DNA of 64,000 nucleotides from the NCBI GenBank assembly GCA_965112155.1, contig OZ218104.1; one strand, given 5' to 3'. Below are positions 37,544-49,940 of this stretch, piece after piece (positions within the stretch are counted from its first letter, which is position 1; every line of letters starts with the position of its first letter). This DNA is from Podarcis liolepis. Its lineage: Eukaryota. Both the position numbers and the translations under genes were made by a program. A model generated the notes under the pieces. The model did no database searches and was not told where the DNA came from. It worked only from the letters and a program-made list of their open reading frames with translations.

Positions 37544-39435
37544 TATGAGGGACAATAAGCTGGGCTTTAATCTTGACAAAATTGGAAACACGGTTCCTGT
37601 GTCCAAGAAATCTGTCAACTGCTTGTTCTAGGCAGGATTGTACACCCCCTGATGAAGCAGGTATACGGTCTGGAGGGCTTCTTAATCCAGCTTTGTCACT
37701 GGAAGTCTGGGTTGCCTCAAGGGCTAGAAGTGCCTTTAACTAGCTACACCTGGTATTACAGCTATGATCATTCCTGGGCTGGGAGAGCTTGGCATAGTAG
37801 TTCAGGCACTGGTGACTTCAAGATTGGATTACTGCAATGCATTCTTTATGTAGGGCTGGTTGGGCTTCTTTTAATTGAAAAAAAAAACAATAGTTATTTT
37901 AAACCACTTAGAGGTTTCATAATATTCAAGTGGTAGATACATTTTGTTAAAAACAACTACATGTAACTACCTTAACTCTGTATCAAAACACAACCGAGGA
38001 AGTTCAAAAAGATGGAACTAGGAAATGCAAGTATCCACTCACTAATACACACTGGCACACTCTCTCACAATTATTCATGTGCAGGCTTTAAAAAAAAAAT
38101 ATTTAACAAAATGAAAATAACACCATGGGTGCAGCCAGGATTTGGGGGGGCAGGACTTTGTTGGGGGGCAGAACTAACATGATTGGACTATTAGTTAAGT
38201 ATTTCTATTGTTTCACTTGATCGGGGGGGGGGGCTGCCCCCAGGCTACATCCATGTATACCGACCACTAAATAAAAACAATCTTAAGTGCTTCCCCCCGC
38301 TCTTAAATAGAAGTTAAGCCAATATTTTAAACCTAGTCCAAATAAATTTGACGTATATATATACACATTGTAAGTGAAATGGAGAAAATAAGTAAGAAAT
38401 ATTTGCCGAAATAGTAATGATTTCTTTTTAATCCGCCTACTATCCAGAAGTCTGTATAATAATAGACCAAGACAGATCTGACTACAATGGGTATGGATTG
38501 TTGCAACTCTTAAATTTTAATGCATGTCTTATTTAAGACTATATATCCTACCAATTTTCCTTTCAAAACACTAACCCAGTAATGAAATGTGTTAATGAAC
38601 CACTGTAGTTTAGTTATTTTTGTATTACACAAACACAAAAGCTTCAGGAGAGATAATTATGGGTTTTCTTGAACTCCTATCAGTCAGGAAACTTCGCATC
38701 AAGTTCCAGTTTTCAGTACATGCATTAGATCAAAAAGGAAAGTTATATCATAATATTCAAATACATAGGGCAATACTTAGCAGATGGGTTTCAAACCCTT
38801 GGTGAGTTAGGTACTTCCCCTGCATGTGAGGACAAGCTCTAGGTGGAGGAGACAAGACGGGGTGGGAAAACAGAGCGATGTAGACACCATTATCCCACCC
38901 CAGGGGAAATGACAAAACAGTGCCAGGGCAGGACATGCTATTCCTTCTGTGACTTATGTCACAGTAGTGTTGCTGCATTTTCTCCGGATGCAGCAATGCT
39001 CTGCCTGCATAGGCTTGGGCAAAGGCAACATTTTCAAGCCCTGCCTATACAATGTACAAAATAAGCTTGATGCTGTTAGTGAGAGTTACACCTGCATGGT
39101 GGCTATAACAGTGCTTGCAGGACTACAGCCATTGCAAAGAACCTTCAAACTCCAACAGACTGCTAGCAATTTATAGGACAGAAGTGTCCAACCTTTTTGG
39201 AAAGCTTGCTATAAATCATGTTCAGAGTACAAGACAGACTTTTTCTAGTGTACACTGCAATGCCTATTTGGATCTCAAGAGCACTGTTTGATTGGTTATA
39301 CCACTAGCCTATTGAGCCAAAGGTACATGTAGCTGTACAGACGCAGGCAGAAGTTTGGGCCTAGATATGGTATACAGTCAGGACTGGGGAGGTGGGTGGG
39401 GACTCCTTCCTTGCCTATCAGTGGCACACACCTTA

Positions 39436-39661
39436 CAGTGGTACCTCGGGTTGCAGACGCTTCAGGTTACAGACTCTGCTAACCCAGAAATAGTACCTCA
39501 GGTTAAGAACTTTGCTTCAGGATGAGAACAGAAATCGTGCGACGGCGGGGCGACGGCAGCGGGAGGCCCCATTAGCTAAAGTAGTGTCTCAGGTTAAGAA
39601 CAGTTTCAGGTTAAGAACAGACCTCCGGAACGAATTAAATTCTTAACTCGAGGTACCACTG
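39436..39661. mobile_element. Tc1/mariner-type MITE
   Basis: TIR cagtggtacctcg; TA TSD. Confidence 0.85.
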
Positions 39662-40790
39662 TATTTGCATCCATCTTCGATAGTATCTAATGGTGGCCAT
39701 ATGTCCTCTTTTTCCAGGACACGCCCTCTTTTTCATTTTAGTGATTGATAGTTAAAAGTAGAAGTTGGCAAATATGTCCTCTTTTTTGCTCTTCAAAATA
39801 TTGCAACCCTAGACCTGGGAAACACATCTTCAAAGTGGAGCACCCAATTTTCATCAATCCGTCCTACCCACCTAAGCCCACCTACACCTAGAAAAACTAC
39901 TGCACTTTTGAAAAAGTATGGAATACAACACAGATGACACCTATCGAAAAAGCCATGACTGGATATAACATATCTTTACAATATCAAGCATGATGCAGAT
40001 TTGACACCAATTATGTTAATCTGAGGTCTCTAACCAACTTCTCCACTGAAGACTGTGGTTGGGTTATTAAAAAATTCTCAAAGGCACCTTAATTAAAAAT
40101 GTAAAATAGTTATTTCAGTTCTTCATTTAAAGGTATGATGCCTTTTCAGGAATCCCAAGATGAATCTTAGAAGTCTATTCTAGTTCACTTCAAAACTTAA
40201 GAAGCAATAAGGGCCCGATATTGTTATACAACTGCATGGGTATTCTAAGTGAACAAAAAAGAAGAAGATTAAACTAAATTTATGAATAAGAGAACCCATT
40301 TAAATATTGCATGTATTTTCTGGAATGCTCCTTTCCTAAAATAAATACATTTTCTGTGAAAAGTTCTTGAAATGCAACATGAAATTCTCAGTCCTTGGGC
40401 CAAGAGTGTTTACATTAATGCTATTAGTCTAATCTAGTGGCTTACATGATGCAAGAAGTATTTACTTCGCCTTGCATCACAGCTAGAATGATAAACAAAC
40501 TGACTTAACAGATAATAGAGAGCACAGGGACCCAATTCAAAGAGCTAGTTAGGACTTCTGAAGTCCTAAACAGCTTGGGCCCAGTATGAACCACAACCTC
40601 TTAAGGTCAACAAGAAACTCTGAATTATGCCATCTATGTATCAAAACCAAAACCATAAGAGCTAGCAGAAAAGCATTCTCTAAGAGCTTAGAATTCTCCC
40701 CACACCATATTTTATTTATTTATTTCTATACCACCCTCTCATAAGGTATCAGGACTGTGAATAGTAAAATAAAAGCAATTAAAAGCAGTA

Positions 40791-41117
40791 AGGTAAAGGT
40801 AAAGGGACCCCTGACCATTAGGTCCAGTTGTAACCAACTTTGGGGTTGTGGCGCTCATCTTGCTTTATTGGCCAAGGGAGGCCGCGTACAGCTTCCGGGT
40901 CTGGCGAACCAGAGCAGTGCACGGAAATGCCGTTTACCTTCCCGCCGGAGCAGTACCTATTTATCTACTTGCACTTTGATGTGCTTTTGAACTGCTAGGT
41001 TGGCAGGAGCAGGGACCAAGCAACGGGAGCTCACCCCGTCACGGGGATTCGAACCACGACCTTCTGATCGGCAAGTCCTAGGCTCTGTGGTTTAACCCAC
41101 ACCGCCACCCGCGTCCC
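40791..41117 (-). mobile_element. Sauria SINE, subfamily A, with internal deletion
   Basis: Aligns to 10358-10714 but lacks about 27 nt; TSD attaaaagcagta at 40778 and 41122. Confidence 0.9.
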
Positions 41118-41233
41118 TTGTATTAAAAGCAGTACAGATCATTAAAATGACTAGCTACTAATAATAATTTTTAAAAATGGATAGATTTCAAGAGACACGT
41201 GAGCCCAAGTGGTTTCTGGTGTTAGACATATTA

Positions 41234-41600
41234 AAGGTAAAGGTAAAGGTACCCCTGCCCATACGGGCCAGTCTTGACAGACTCTAGGGTTGTGCGCTCA
41301 TCTCACTCTAGAGGCCGGGAGCCAGCGCTGTCCGCAGACACTTCCGGATCACGTGGCCAGCGTGGCAAAGCTGCTGTGGCGAGCCGGCACCAGAGAAGCA
41401 CACGGAACGCCGTTTACCTTCCCGCTATAAAGCGGTACCTATTTATCTACTTGCACTTAAGGGTGCTTTCGAACTGCTAGGTGGGCAGGATCTCGGACCG
41501 AACGACGGGAGCTCACCCCGCTGCAGGGATTCGAACCGCCGACCATGCAAGCGGCAAGTCCTAGGAGCTGAGGTTTTACCCACAGCGCCACCCGCGTCCC
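41234..41600 (-). mobile_element. Full-length Sauria SINE, subfamily B
   Basis: Same architecture with a distinct 3' half; perfect 13-bp TSD gttagacatatta at 41221 and 41601. Confidence 0.9.
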
Positions 41601-44169
41601 GTTAGACATATTATGTTCAGTTAAATGCACAGGATTCACAGATTCAACAACTGTAACTTCATTTTTACAGCAGCAAGAAATCATGAAAAACAGTGCTACA
41701 ATGGTCTGAAAATAACCCTCAGGCAGCTTTGATGTTTTTTAAACTGCATTTAAAGGCCACCTTTTCTTCTCCAAGAAGCTCAAGGTGATTATGTTGTTGT
41801 CCCCCTCTTCATACAAACCCCACAACAACCCTGTGAGGTACATTAGTCTGAGAGGCAATAAGTGGCCTAAGGTCAGTGAGCCTCATGACTGAGTGGGGAT
41901 TTGAACCCTGCTCTTTAGCTCCTGGTCAGATACTCTATCCACTTCACTACAATGACTACAAGCTACAATTCCCAGGGCTCTTAAATAATTTGGAGGTGGG
42001 GTTGTTGGGTTTTGTTTGTGTGCTTAGAATGCCATTTTATAAGTGCTCAATTCAACGAAAGTTTTCATCCCAACTGCACTTCTTTCAAAGCAAGTTGCAT
42101 TACTGTGTGCAACTTCCTTCCAGTTACGTTTGTTTAGCACTGTGGAATAAAAGCAGGCAATACACATTCTCATATTAGACCCCCAAGAGCACCAGATTAC
42201 TTGCTTTTAAAACTGTACATACATTTTAACCTGGGATAGCAAATATTTTCAACGACATTTTCAAGCGCTGAAAATTGTGCTCAAATTCAGTCACACAACT
42301 ATCCCAATATGGCTTATGTATTTGAACTTCTGCGATCACTGTCTATTACATTAATCTATTATTGAAACTATCTATCCTTAGGTATGATGGTTAACATCAG
42401 AAATGAACTTAAGTCAGTATTCTGAGTGCTTGGTTCCTCAGGTACCTAAAAATCAGAAACATTTTTTCTTTACCCCTGTGCAAGTAATGCCATGAAACCA
42501 AATGCTGCTCATGAAAAAATTGGCAGAGGCACTGGGAAATCTTTAATCCCCACTACTGCCTGCATGGTCCCTTGTCCATCTAACATAGTTTGATTGCTCC
42601 ATTAGGATTTTTCAGGCTTTTCTCATTTTAAGCTATGTGAGCAGCAAATGTGACATACACCAAACAAACAGAAAAAAACAATTAGGAGAAAATACGTAAC
42701 TTCATGCCATAATCTCCCCAAGAAAAAGCAGGGCTAGTGAGGCAAAATGAATCAAAAGAACTAAAAGGGACTTGCATAAAATATACTTTAAAGTATTTTA
42801 AAAGGCAACTATAAGCCTTGAATTGAAAAAGAGCTACTTTAGAAGTAGGGAACCTCTGGCCCATGGGCCAAATCTCTGTCTGTCAGGGATGCAATTTGGC
42901 CAGCAAGGCCACTTGCCTCAAACCACATCTGCCTATTATCAGATGAGCAGGGTTCAATCCTGTTGGGTGCTGCTTCACCAGTGTCTTTCCTGTGGTGGCA
43001 AAGCAGACCCTCCCCCTCCCAGCAGTGTTAGAAACTCAGATATGTAAGCTAAAAGTCAAATGGCGCCTTAACCGTAGGTTATGGTCACCACAATGGAGTT
43101 TCTAGACGCCCTTTTGCAATTAAATAAATAGTATTGCTAAATCAGTGTTTTATAAATGTATAAACACTTAAATAAGCTATTTACAACCTAGCTGACAGCA
43201 CTTTGTTAAGAGCTGAAAGTATATTGGGGTGCAGGGGTGCTTCTCACTGGAGACTAATGGGATAGTGCATTTTCTGCTTGTTGGAAGCATTTATGCCATC
43301 TGCACTCACCTATTCTGTTTGCAGTCTCTGAACAATAAATCAAATTATTACAGAAAACACCAGAAATCTCCAGTGATCCCAGATAAGTCCTGCCACAGAG
43401 TTTTTTTATCATCACTAGGGTATGTGGGAAACATGTACCACATATTTACTTCTCTCACCTAATATAGCAGTAATCATAGAATCTCTGCATATTGCTCTGA
43501 ACTACATGAAAGTGTTGATTTGAGTGAAGGCTGTTCGTCACTTTGATTTCAGTTAAAGAAAGTTTTGTAACTAACCCTGTAATAAGACCCACATTAAATA
43601 CAGTTTTTTTAGGTTACACTATCCTAACCACCTTATGCTAGGCTAGTTCAGTTCTTGATTAGTACAAACAACTAATTTATTGGACTACCAAAAGTTCAGT
43701 TTCTCTATAATTTTAGTACAAGAAAACAGGACCGGACTGCAGTTATCTTGCCCTAGGCTTCTGAACTATTTTGTAATCAATGAAAATATTTTATAGCAAA
43801 TGTGCCAATACTACCACAGGTAACTGCAGTATGGCATTTGGAAGACTTTTTTTGTTTCTGGAACATTTAATATTTTTACTCACAGCACTGTTTCACACAT
43901 GATGACAAATTCCTATTTTCTTAGATAATGATTATTTCAACACAGGAAAGGAACAATATGTCAGTCTTCTTTAAACCCAATTAAGAGATGGGGAAAAATT
44001 CAGACACAGAAAAAGAAGCAATTAAAATTGTTGTAATGTATGCAGAATCCATATTTGCTTAGTGATCATCCAATCTTATCTATCTTTCTCTAGAACCTTT
44101 CTTTTATACTAAATTTATGAAATCATCAACCCTTTCATCACAATGACCCTCACAAATCCAAGCTAGAAT

Positions 44170-44400
44170 TATAGAGGACTAGTTTAGTTCAGTAACTAAG
44201 AGTCAGAGACCCAAGTTCAAATCTGACCTCAGCCATGGGATTAAAAAGTGGCCCTAGGCAAACCACTATCTCATAGCTTCAGACCCATATGCAGCATGGG
44301 GATAATAATATTGGGACTATACTATCCTGCAGTGTTATATTAAGGATTATCAAATAATGTGCCAGGTGTTTTGAACAGGTGAATTAAACTACATGAATGT
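44170..44400 (+). mobile_element. MIR/CORE-type ancient SINE
   Basis: gacccaagttcaaatc B box followed by ...atggggataataata core-like sequence. Confidence 0.5.
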
Positions 44401-44765
44401 TTAATATTATTTAGCTATTTCACAAGAAGTCTGCTTATACACAGGTGGCCCAATGCTTTCTGCTTTTCCAACTCTTATTTAACTTCATGAACCAAGTCAT
44501 CATGCAAGGTTGATGTCACAATACCAAATCAACTATTCTGTACTCGAAAAAGCAGTGATTTAAAAGTAAGCATACAGCATCTATAGGGAGAGCATGAAGA
44601 ACTAGGTCATGGCTCAAACATGTAAAAAACAAACCCACAAACAGCATAGAACCTTGCATTTTTAAAGAGTATAATTACACAATTGTCCACTTCTGTCATA
44701 TATGATTAAAGCAAATAATGATTTTATTCTTTATTCTGGAAAATACCATATTTCTCTGTATACAT

Positions 44766-45061
44766 CAGGGGTCAGCAAGCTTACCGAACGATGGGCCGGT
44801 CCACACTCTGTCTTTCAGATGGGCCGGAGCATGTGTGCACGCACGCGTGCTCTTCCAGGTCGGAGGAGAGCCTGTGCGCACATGCTATTTCCGGCGCTCC
44901 TCCGACCTGGATGTGCGCCGGAAATAGCGTGTGCGTACAGGCACCATCAACCCGGAAGTCGGTCCCTGCGCCGCGCCAGTAAGAGCAGGCAGCACCATGG
45001 GCCGGATAGACGAGCCCCGTGGGCCGCTACCAGCCCATGGGCCTTAGGTTTCCAACCCCTG
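44766..45061. mobile_element. Non-autonomous hAT element
   Basis: TIR caggggtcagcaa / ttccaacccctg; CpG-rich interior; degenerate TSD gtatacat / gtatatag. Confidence 0.75.
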
Positions 45062-46361
45062 GTATATAGCTAGGAAGCCTACACAGGCAATTTTCATGAT
45101 ACATGTATTAAAGATTTTTAAAAAAACAAAACATGAAATTGAAAGTGGCAAGATGTGTTATATATTTCCATACTCCTATCTTTACCACTTGCACACAGTT
45201 TCTCTAAGGCCACATTGCCCCTAATTTATCAAGTTTCCACAGTTCAAAACCAGTCTTGAACTTCCCCAAACTACACAAGAACAGGAACCACTTCTGCAGT
45301 AAAAAATGTACACTAAACATAAACAGCCCTTTCCGTATTTTATGTAATGCCTTCACTCTACACAGGTAAAGTAATAACATATCATTATGTACATATAACA
45401 ATGCATGGTGATGCATTGTAGAACAAAAAAAGGGCGGAGACAAACAAGCAGAAACATATCACAAACTAGGAATTTAAACAGGGAAAATAAGTGTGCAATA
45501 AACAGATCAACTGAGATGTAGATACAAGATGAGGAATGTCCCTACCTCTTAAGATCTCTGGTGTAATAAATTGGTAAGGAGAGGTAGGGAGATTAGAAAG
45601 TCCAGCAGCAATTACAACTAGGGCTACAATCCTATGCATGCTTAGCTGGGACTAAGTCCTACTGAAAACAATGGGAGTTACTTTGAACACAGTGGATAAT
45701 GATATTGGGCTGCATCCTAATCACACTTACTGGAGAGTAAGGCATACAGGATATAATGGCAGTTTTAAGTAAACACTTGTACAGCAGATCTTGCATTTTT
45801 GTTAGAAAGGAAAGGTGATCAGCATCCCTTCCAATTTTATTTGATGTCAGGAATTGTCCATATAAGGGATGTCAAACATCTGGGGATCAGGGAAGTGGGG
45901 GTGGAGAGATGTGATCAGCTCCCAATAAGTTTTGAAAACTAGAGAGAAAGGTAAGAGAGAAAGTGCAGCTTAACCCTCCAGTGTCACACTCATCATTTAA
46001 CGTTCCAATCCACAATTAACCTGTTTCTCTTTCTTATTGTTTTCTCCACACACACCAAAGAACCAGTGTGCTCTAATAAGGGCTACAGACAGAACCCAGT
46101 AAGTGAAATGTGCATTTCCAAATACCCCAAAATGGGGAACTATCTTCATTGCTTCTTTTGTCCCAAGTACTCCCCCCCCCCCGTGCATGCTGCCATCTTG
46201 TACGGTGGCAAGTGTGGCTAATATCATTACATCTATCTAGCCACCACGTGCATTCCAGCTTAAAGACCGTTACAAATTGCACACAAGTTTGGGGCAGCAA
46301 ACATCATTGGGATCACCATTCCCCCTTTCTCACCCACTACCACTTGTTTCCTTTTAACATC

Positions 46362-46402
46362 TTGACTGATGAAGAGTTCTGGGGAACTTGAAAACTTTGC
46401 AC
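46362..46402 (+). ncRNA. Degenerate hammerhead-like motif (probable PLE relic)
   Basis: CUGAUGA-A-GAGUUC-UGGG-GAACUU-GAAA-ACUU; stem II is intact, stems I and III are weak. Confidence 0.45.
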
Positions 46403-46466
46403 GTGGCTTTGCACGATCTTTTGGCGTCAGTCCTACTTAGTTATTAGTCCTTATTAGCAACATTAA

Positions 46467-46489
46467 CAGCAGCAGCAGCAGCAGCAGCA
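46467..46489. repeat. (CAG)n tract at the edge of the CpG island
   Basis: Direct reading. Confidence 0.9.
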
Positions 46490-47745
46490 ACAGACTGTGG
46501 CTGCCGGCCTTCCTCGGGAGCAAGGGCTACATCTGAAGGCAGCGGGGCTTGCTCCCTAAGCAGCAACACGACTACACCGTGGCTGTCAGACTTCCTCAAG
46601 AGTAAGCGCCGCTTCTTGAAAGCTGCGGGGCTTTGCTCCAAAGGAAACCGCGCCGCACGGGCCGCTCCCCACCCGCCTCGCACTTCCTCCTCCCCGCCAC
46701 TGAAGCGGTGACCGTGGAAGACGAGGCTGAGGGCTGCGAGGAGGCCGCCGCCGAAGCCACGCTGTTGTTTCTGGTGCCGCCGAGGCCTGCCTCCCCTCCG
46801 AACTCAGCACAAAAGGACACCCGAGGCTAAGCAGGCGACGCCGGCCGGCCGGCTGCCCAGCCAGCCCCTCTCTTCCACCACAAAGGGAAGAAGGCGAGGG
46901 AGGCGGAGCGGGGCCTGCGCGCGGCGGGGCCTGGGAATCCGACCAAGCCAGTCAGCCCACCCACCCTCCTTCCGAGGAGGCGAGCCGCGGGCCTCCCCTC
47001 CTCCGGACTCTCCCCACCCCCTCGCACTCAGGCCCGCCGCCGCCACTTCTCCTCAGACTCCCGTTAGGCCGCGGCGAGGCCTGCTCGGGCCCGGCATGAG
47101 GCGGCGGCGGCGACACCACACATTCCCTCTCACTCTTTGCCTCCTCACCTGTGGGTGCTGGGCTGGGCGGCGAGCCGCGGCCTGGCTCCCACCCCCGGAC
47201 GGGCCGCGAGAGGACCGTGTGAGGAGGGCTCTATGAGCTGGCGAAGCGAGCACGGGGGGGGGGGATGGAGGGAATTAAAAAAAGGGGGGTTAAAAGAAGG
47301 AGTAAAAGAGGCGGGCGGGCTTATCTCGACGATGGCCGCCAAAACGACACTCACTCAAACACGAAAATAAAACGGAGGAAGAACCAGCCTTGGGAGAAAG
47401 CGGGGTCGGGGTGGGGGGAGTTAAATAGTCGGCCGGCCGAGCGACCCCGCGCTCGCTCGCTCGCTCGTTCCCTCTACCGCCACCACCAGCGCTAGGCCGG
47501 GAGGGGAGCGCGCTCGGCTCTCTTTCTCCAGCGGTGGCGCGCGCACGCGCGCTCGCGCACACACCCTACCCTGCCCTCTCCCTCGCGCGTGCGCGCGCAC
47601 CCCGGCTAAGGGCAGCAGCTGCAGCTCAGAAACAGAGAGCTGGCTCGCTCTCCTTGCGCACGCGCACGAGACCTCGCCTGACGGGGAATGAGCGGCGTTA
47701 GGTGGAGGGAGGATAGAATTAGATGGATTTGTGGCGCCGCCTCCT
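46480..47745. promoter_or_regulatory. CpG island and main SIAH1 promoter
   Basis: Very high GC and CpG density; TATA-like TATTTAA on - at 47421-47427; GC boxes; (CG/CA)n tracts. Confidence 0.9.
47149..47400 (-). other. SIAH1: SIAH1 non-coding first exon (5' boundary approximate)
   Basis: Strong donor CCCACAG|GTGAGG (GT at 47148-47147) inside the CpG island; no ATG in the exon; the junction gives cccacag-aaATG; TATTTAA about 25 nt upstream. Confidence 0.75.
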
Positions 47746-49630
47746 CAGCTTTTGGATGTACCTCATCCTTCACTGAGGTGAGACAAGATTTATTCCTCTC
47801 ACCTAGTTAATCTTGAAATATATGGTTGTTAACTTGGGATCTCCTTTAATAATAATAATAATAATGATAATGTCCTGTGATATTTAAATAACAGGAAATA
47901 ATAGTAAAGTTTAACCATTTAAGGCAGAAATGTTTACGAAATTAACTTTCAAGCTAATTTTAATAAACTTTCAAAATTATTTATTATTTATTATTATTAT
48001 TATTTGCTTCCCATGAGGCCTCTAGAAGCGATTTGCAATGTGCAGTAATGACGTATGTAGAAGTTATGTATACAGAAACCGTATCTGCATATAAAAACAA
48101 TTTTGGGGACAACAGCAGGAAATCTAGAAACAGTTTAAAAGAACGGATACTGACTGAGAAATATTTTAAAAGGCTTTTTGAAAGAGGACTGAAATGATTA
48201 TTATGTTGGGTTATATTCCATTTTTGCTTGACTCAGAGTAGACCTACTGAAATCAATAAACATGGGTAACATTAAGTCCATTAAATTCAGTGAACCTACT
48301 CTGACTAGTTCTGAGTAGGATTAACATTGGATATGATCCATAATTGTGTGTGTGTGTGTGTGTGTGCGCGCGCACGCGCGTACATACAGTACTTTTTTGA
48401 TTAAAAATAAAATGTGCTGGTACTTGTATCTTGGTACAAGATACAGCACAAAATGGTTGACATGGGCAGCGGAAAAAGAGGTGGTTGCACCAGTGAATAC
48501 ATCCACACACACTGTTATTATATCAGGCTCCAGAACACATCGTATACATTTATCATATTTTTGTTTGGCTCACCTCTTGGTCTGGGTGTCTAACACTGAA
48601 CAACAGACCACAACCAACCACGATTTGGCATAATGTGTTGGGTGCTTCGTATTATCTTCTTGAGTTAGAATTCCACTCCACCTTATTTCTCTTTCTTTCT
48701 TTCTTTCTTTCTTTCTTTCGCTCTCTCTCTCTCTCACCGACCTACCAATCAGGCAATAACAAAGAACCCACCCACATTATATGCCAGGGATAGAGAACCC
48801 TCCACTCTCATAATCACTGAGGGACTACTCCAACTCCCATAATCCATGACTGTTGGTCATACTGGCCGGAATTATTGTCAAACCCCATTGCTGTAATAAC
48901 TGTGTTTTAAGGGCATGTGTTTGTATATGCTGGTCTGGCCTTGCCCAGTGGAATGTGCCTTCCCAGTGTGGTTCTTAGCCTAAAAATTTCCCCATTCCTG
49001 ATTTAAATTATGATTTAACCAGAATGAAACTACTGTAATGGAAACATTCAAGTGAGCTATCTGTTTTAAGTATTAGATTATCTATTAATTGTTGTAATAA
49101 ATGACATTTGTTTTGAATTATGGAAATGTTTGATAAATTCTGCTCTTAAGTTTAGTAATACTAGATAATGTAAATCAACTCTGATGATTTATAATTTCCT
49201 GAGATTGGAGGACAATTACTTTTGCATTCCAGTACATTAGGTGCAGTAAAGTAGATACAGTCATTAATTACCTTGGGTGCCAATTACCTTGCGTGCCATT
49301 TCATTAGATAAGGAACTGTTTGCTTATCTGCTAAATCAGTATTCGTGATAATGAATTTATTGTCATTAAATTCTACAATCTAAGCTATATAATTCATTTA
49401 TTATGTTGATTTCCCATGTACTTAAATATTCTCTTACCTATTGACAGCATTTCTGGAGGTGAGCAATAGCCCCAAGGCTTCGTTTTGCTTCTCTGCCACC
49501 ACTTAACAGTTGTTAGATCACTTTCCCAATAGCAGGAATGGGGACATGTGGCCCTCCAAATGTTGTTGGGCTGCAACTCCCATCAGACCCAGTCAGCATG
49601 GCCAACAGCCAGAGATGTTGAGATTTATAG

Positions 49631-49940
49631 TCCAACAACATATGGAGACACACATTCCCTACCCCTGACAAATAACTCATGATCTGCAGCCATCTTGTCC
49701 AGGAGAGGCTAGTCCAATACATGCATTACATGCCTGCAGGAATGCAATGCATTCACACAACAATTTATTCCATTTCTCCTAAAAGGCCTGTTCTCATGTT
49801 GCCACCCTCCGGAGAGGGTCAGGACTAGCCTCTTCTGGACAAGATTACATGTATTGGACTAGCCTCTCCTGGACACGATGACATCAGATCATGGGTTACT
49901 TGTCAGGGGTAGGGGATGTGTGCCTCCATATGTTGTTGGA
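49631..49940. repeat. Inverted duplication with 93-nt arms
   Basis: 49631-49723 is the reverse complement of 49848-49940 with a few mismatches. Confidence 0.9.

Noticed and set aside
41274-41480. Near-identical 68-aa ORFs at 41274 and 63110, suggesting a duplicated small gene
   Set aside because: Both are antisense readings of Sauria SINE copies.
46444-47562. Arg/Gly/Pro-rich ORFs in the CpG island, including a possible in-frame extension from exon 1
   Set aside because: Stop-poor GC-rich DNA. Exon 1 has no ATG, and the frame continuous with SIAH1 is closed by a TAG at 47231-47233.
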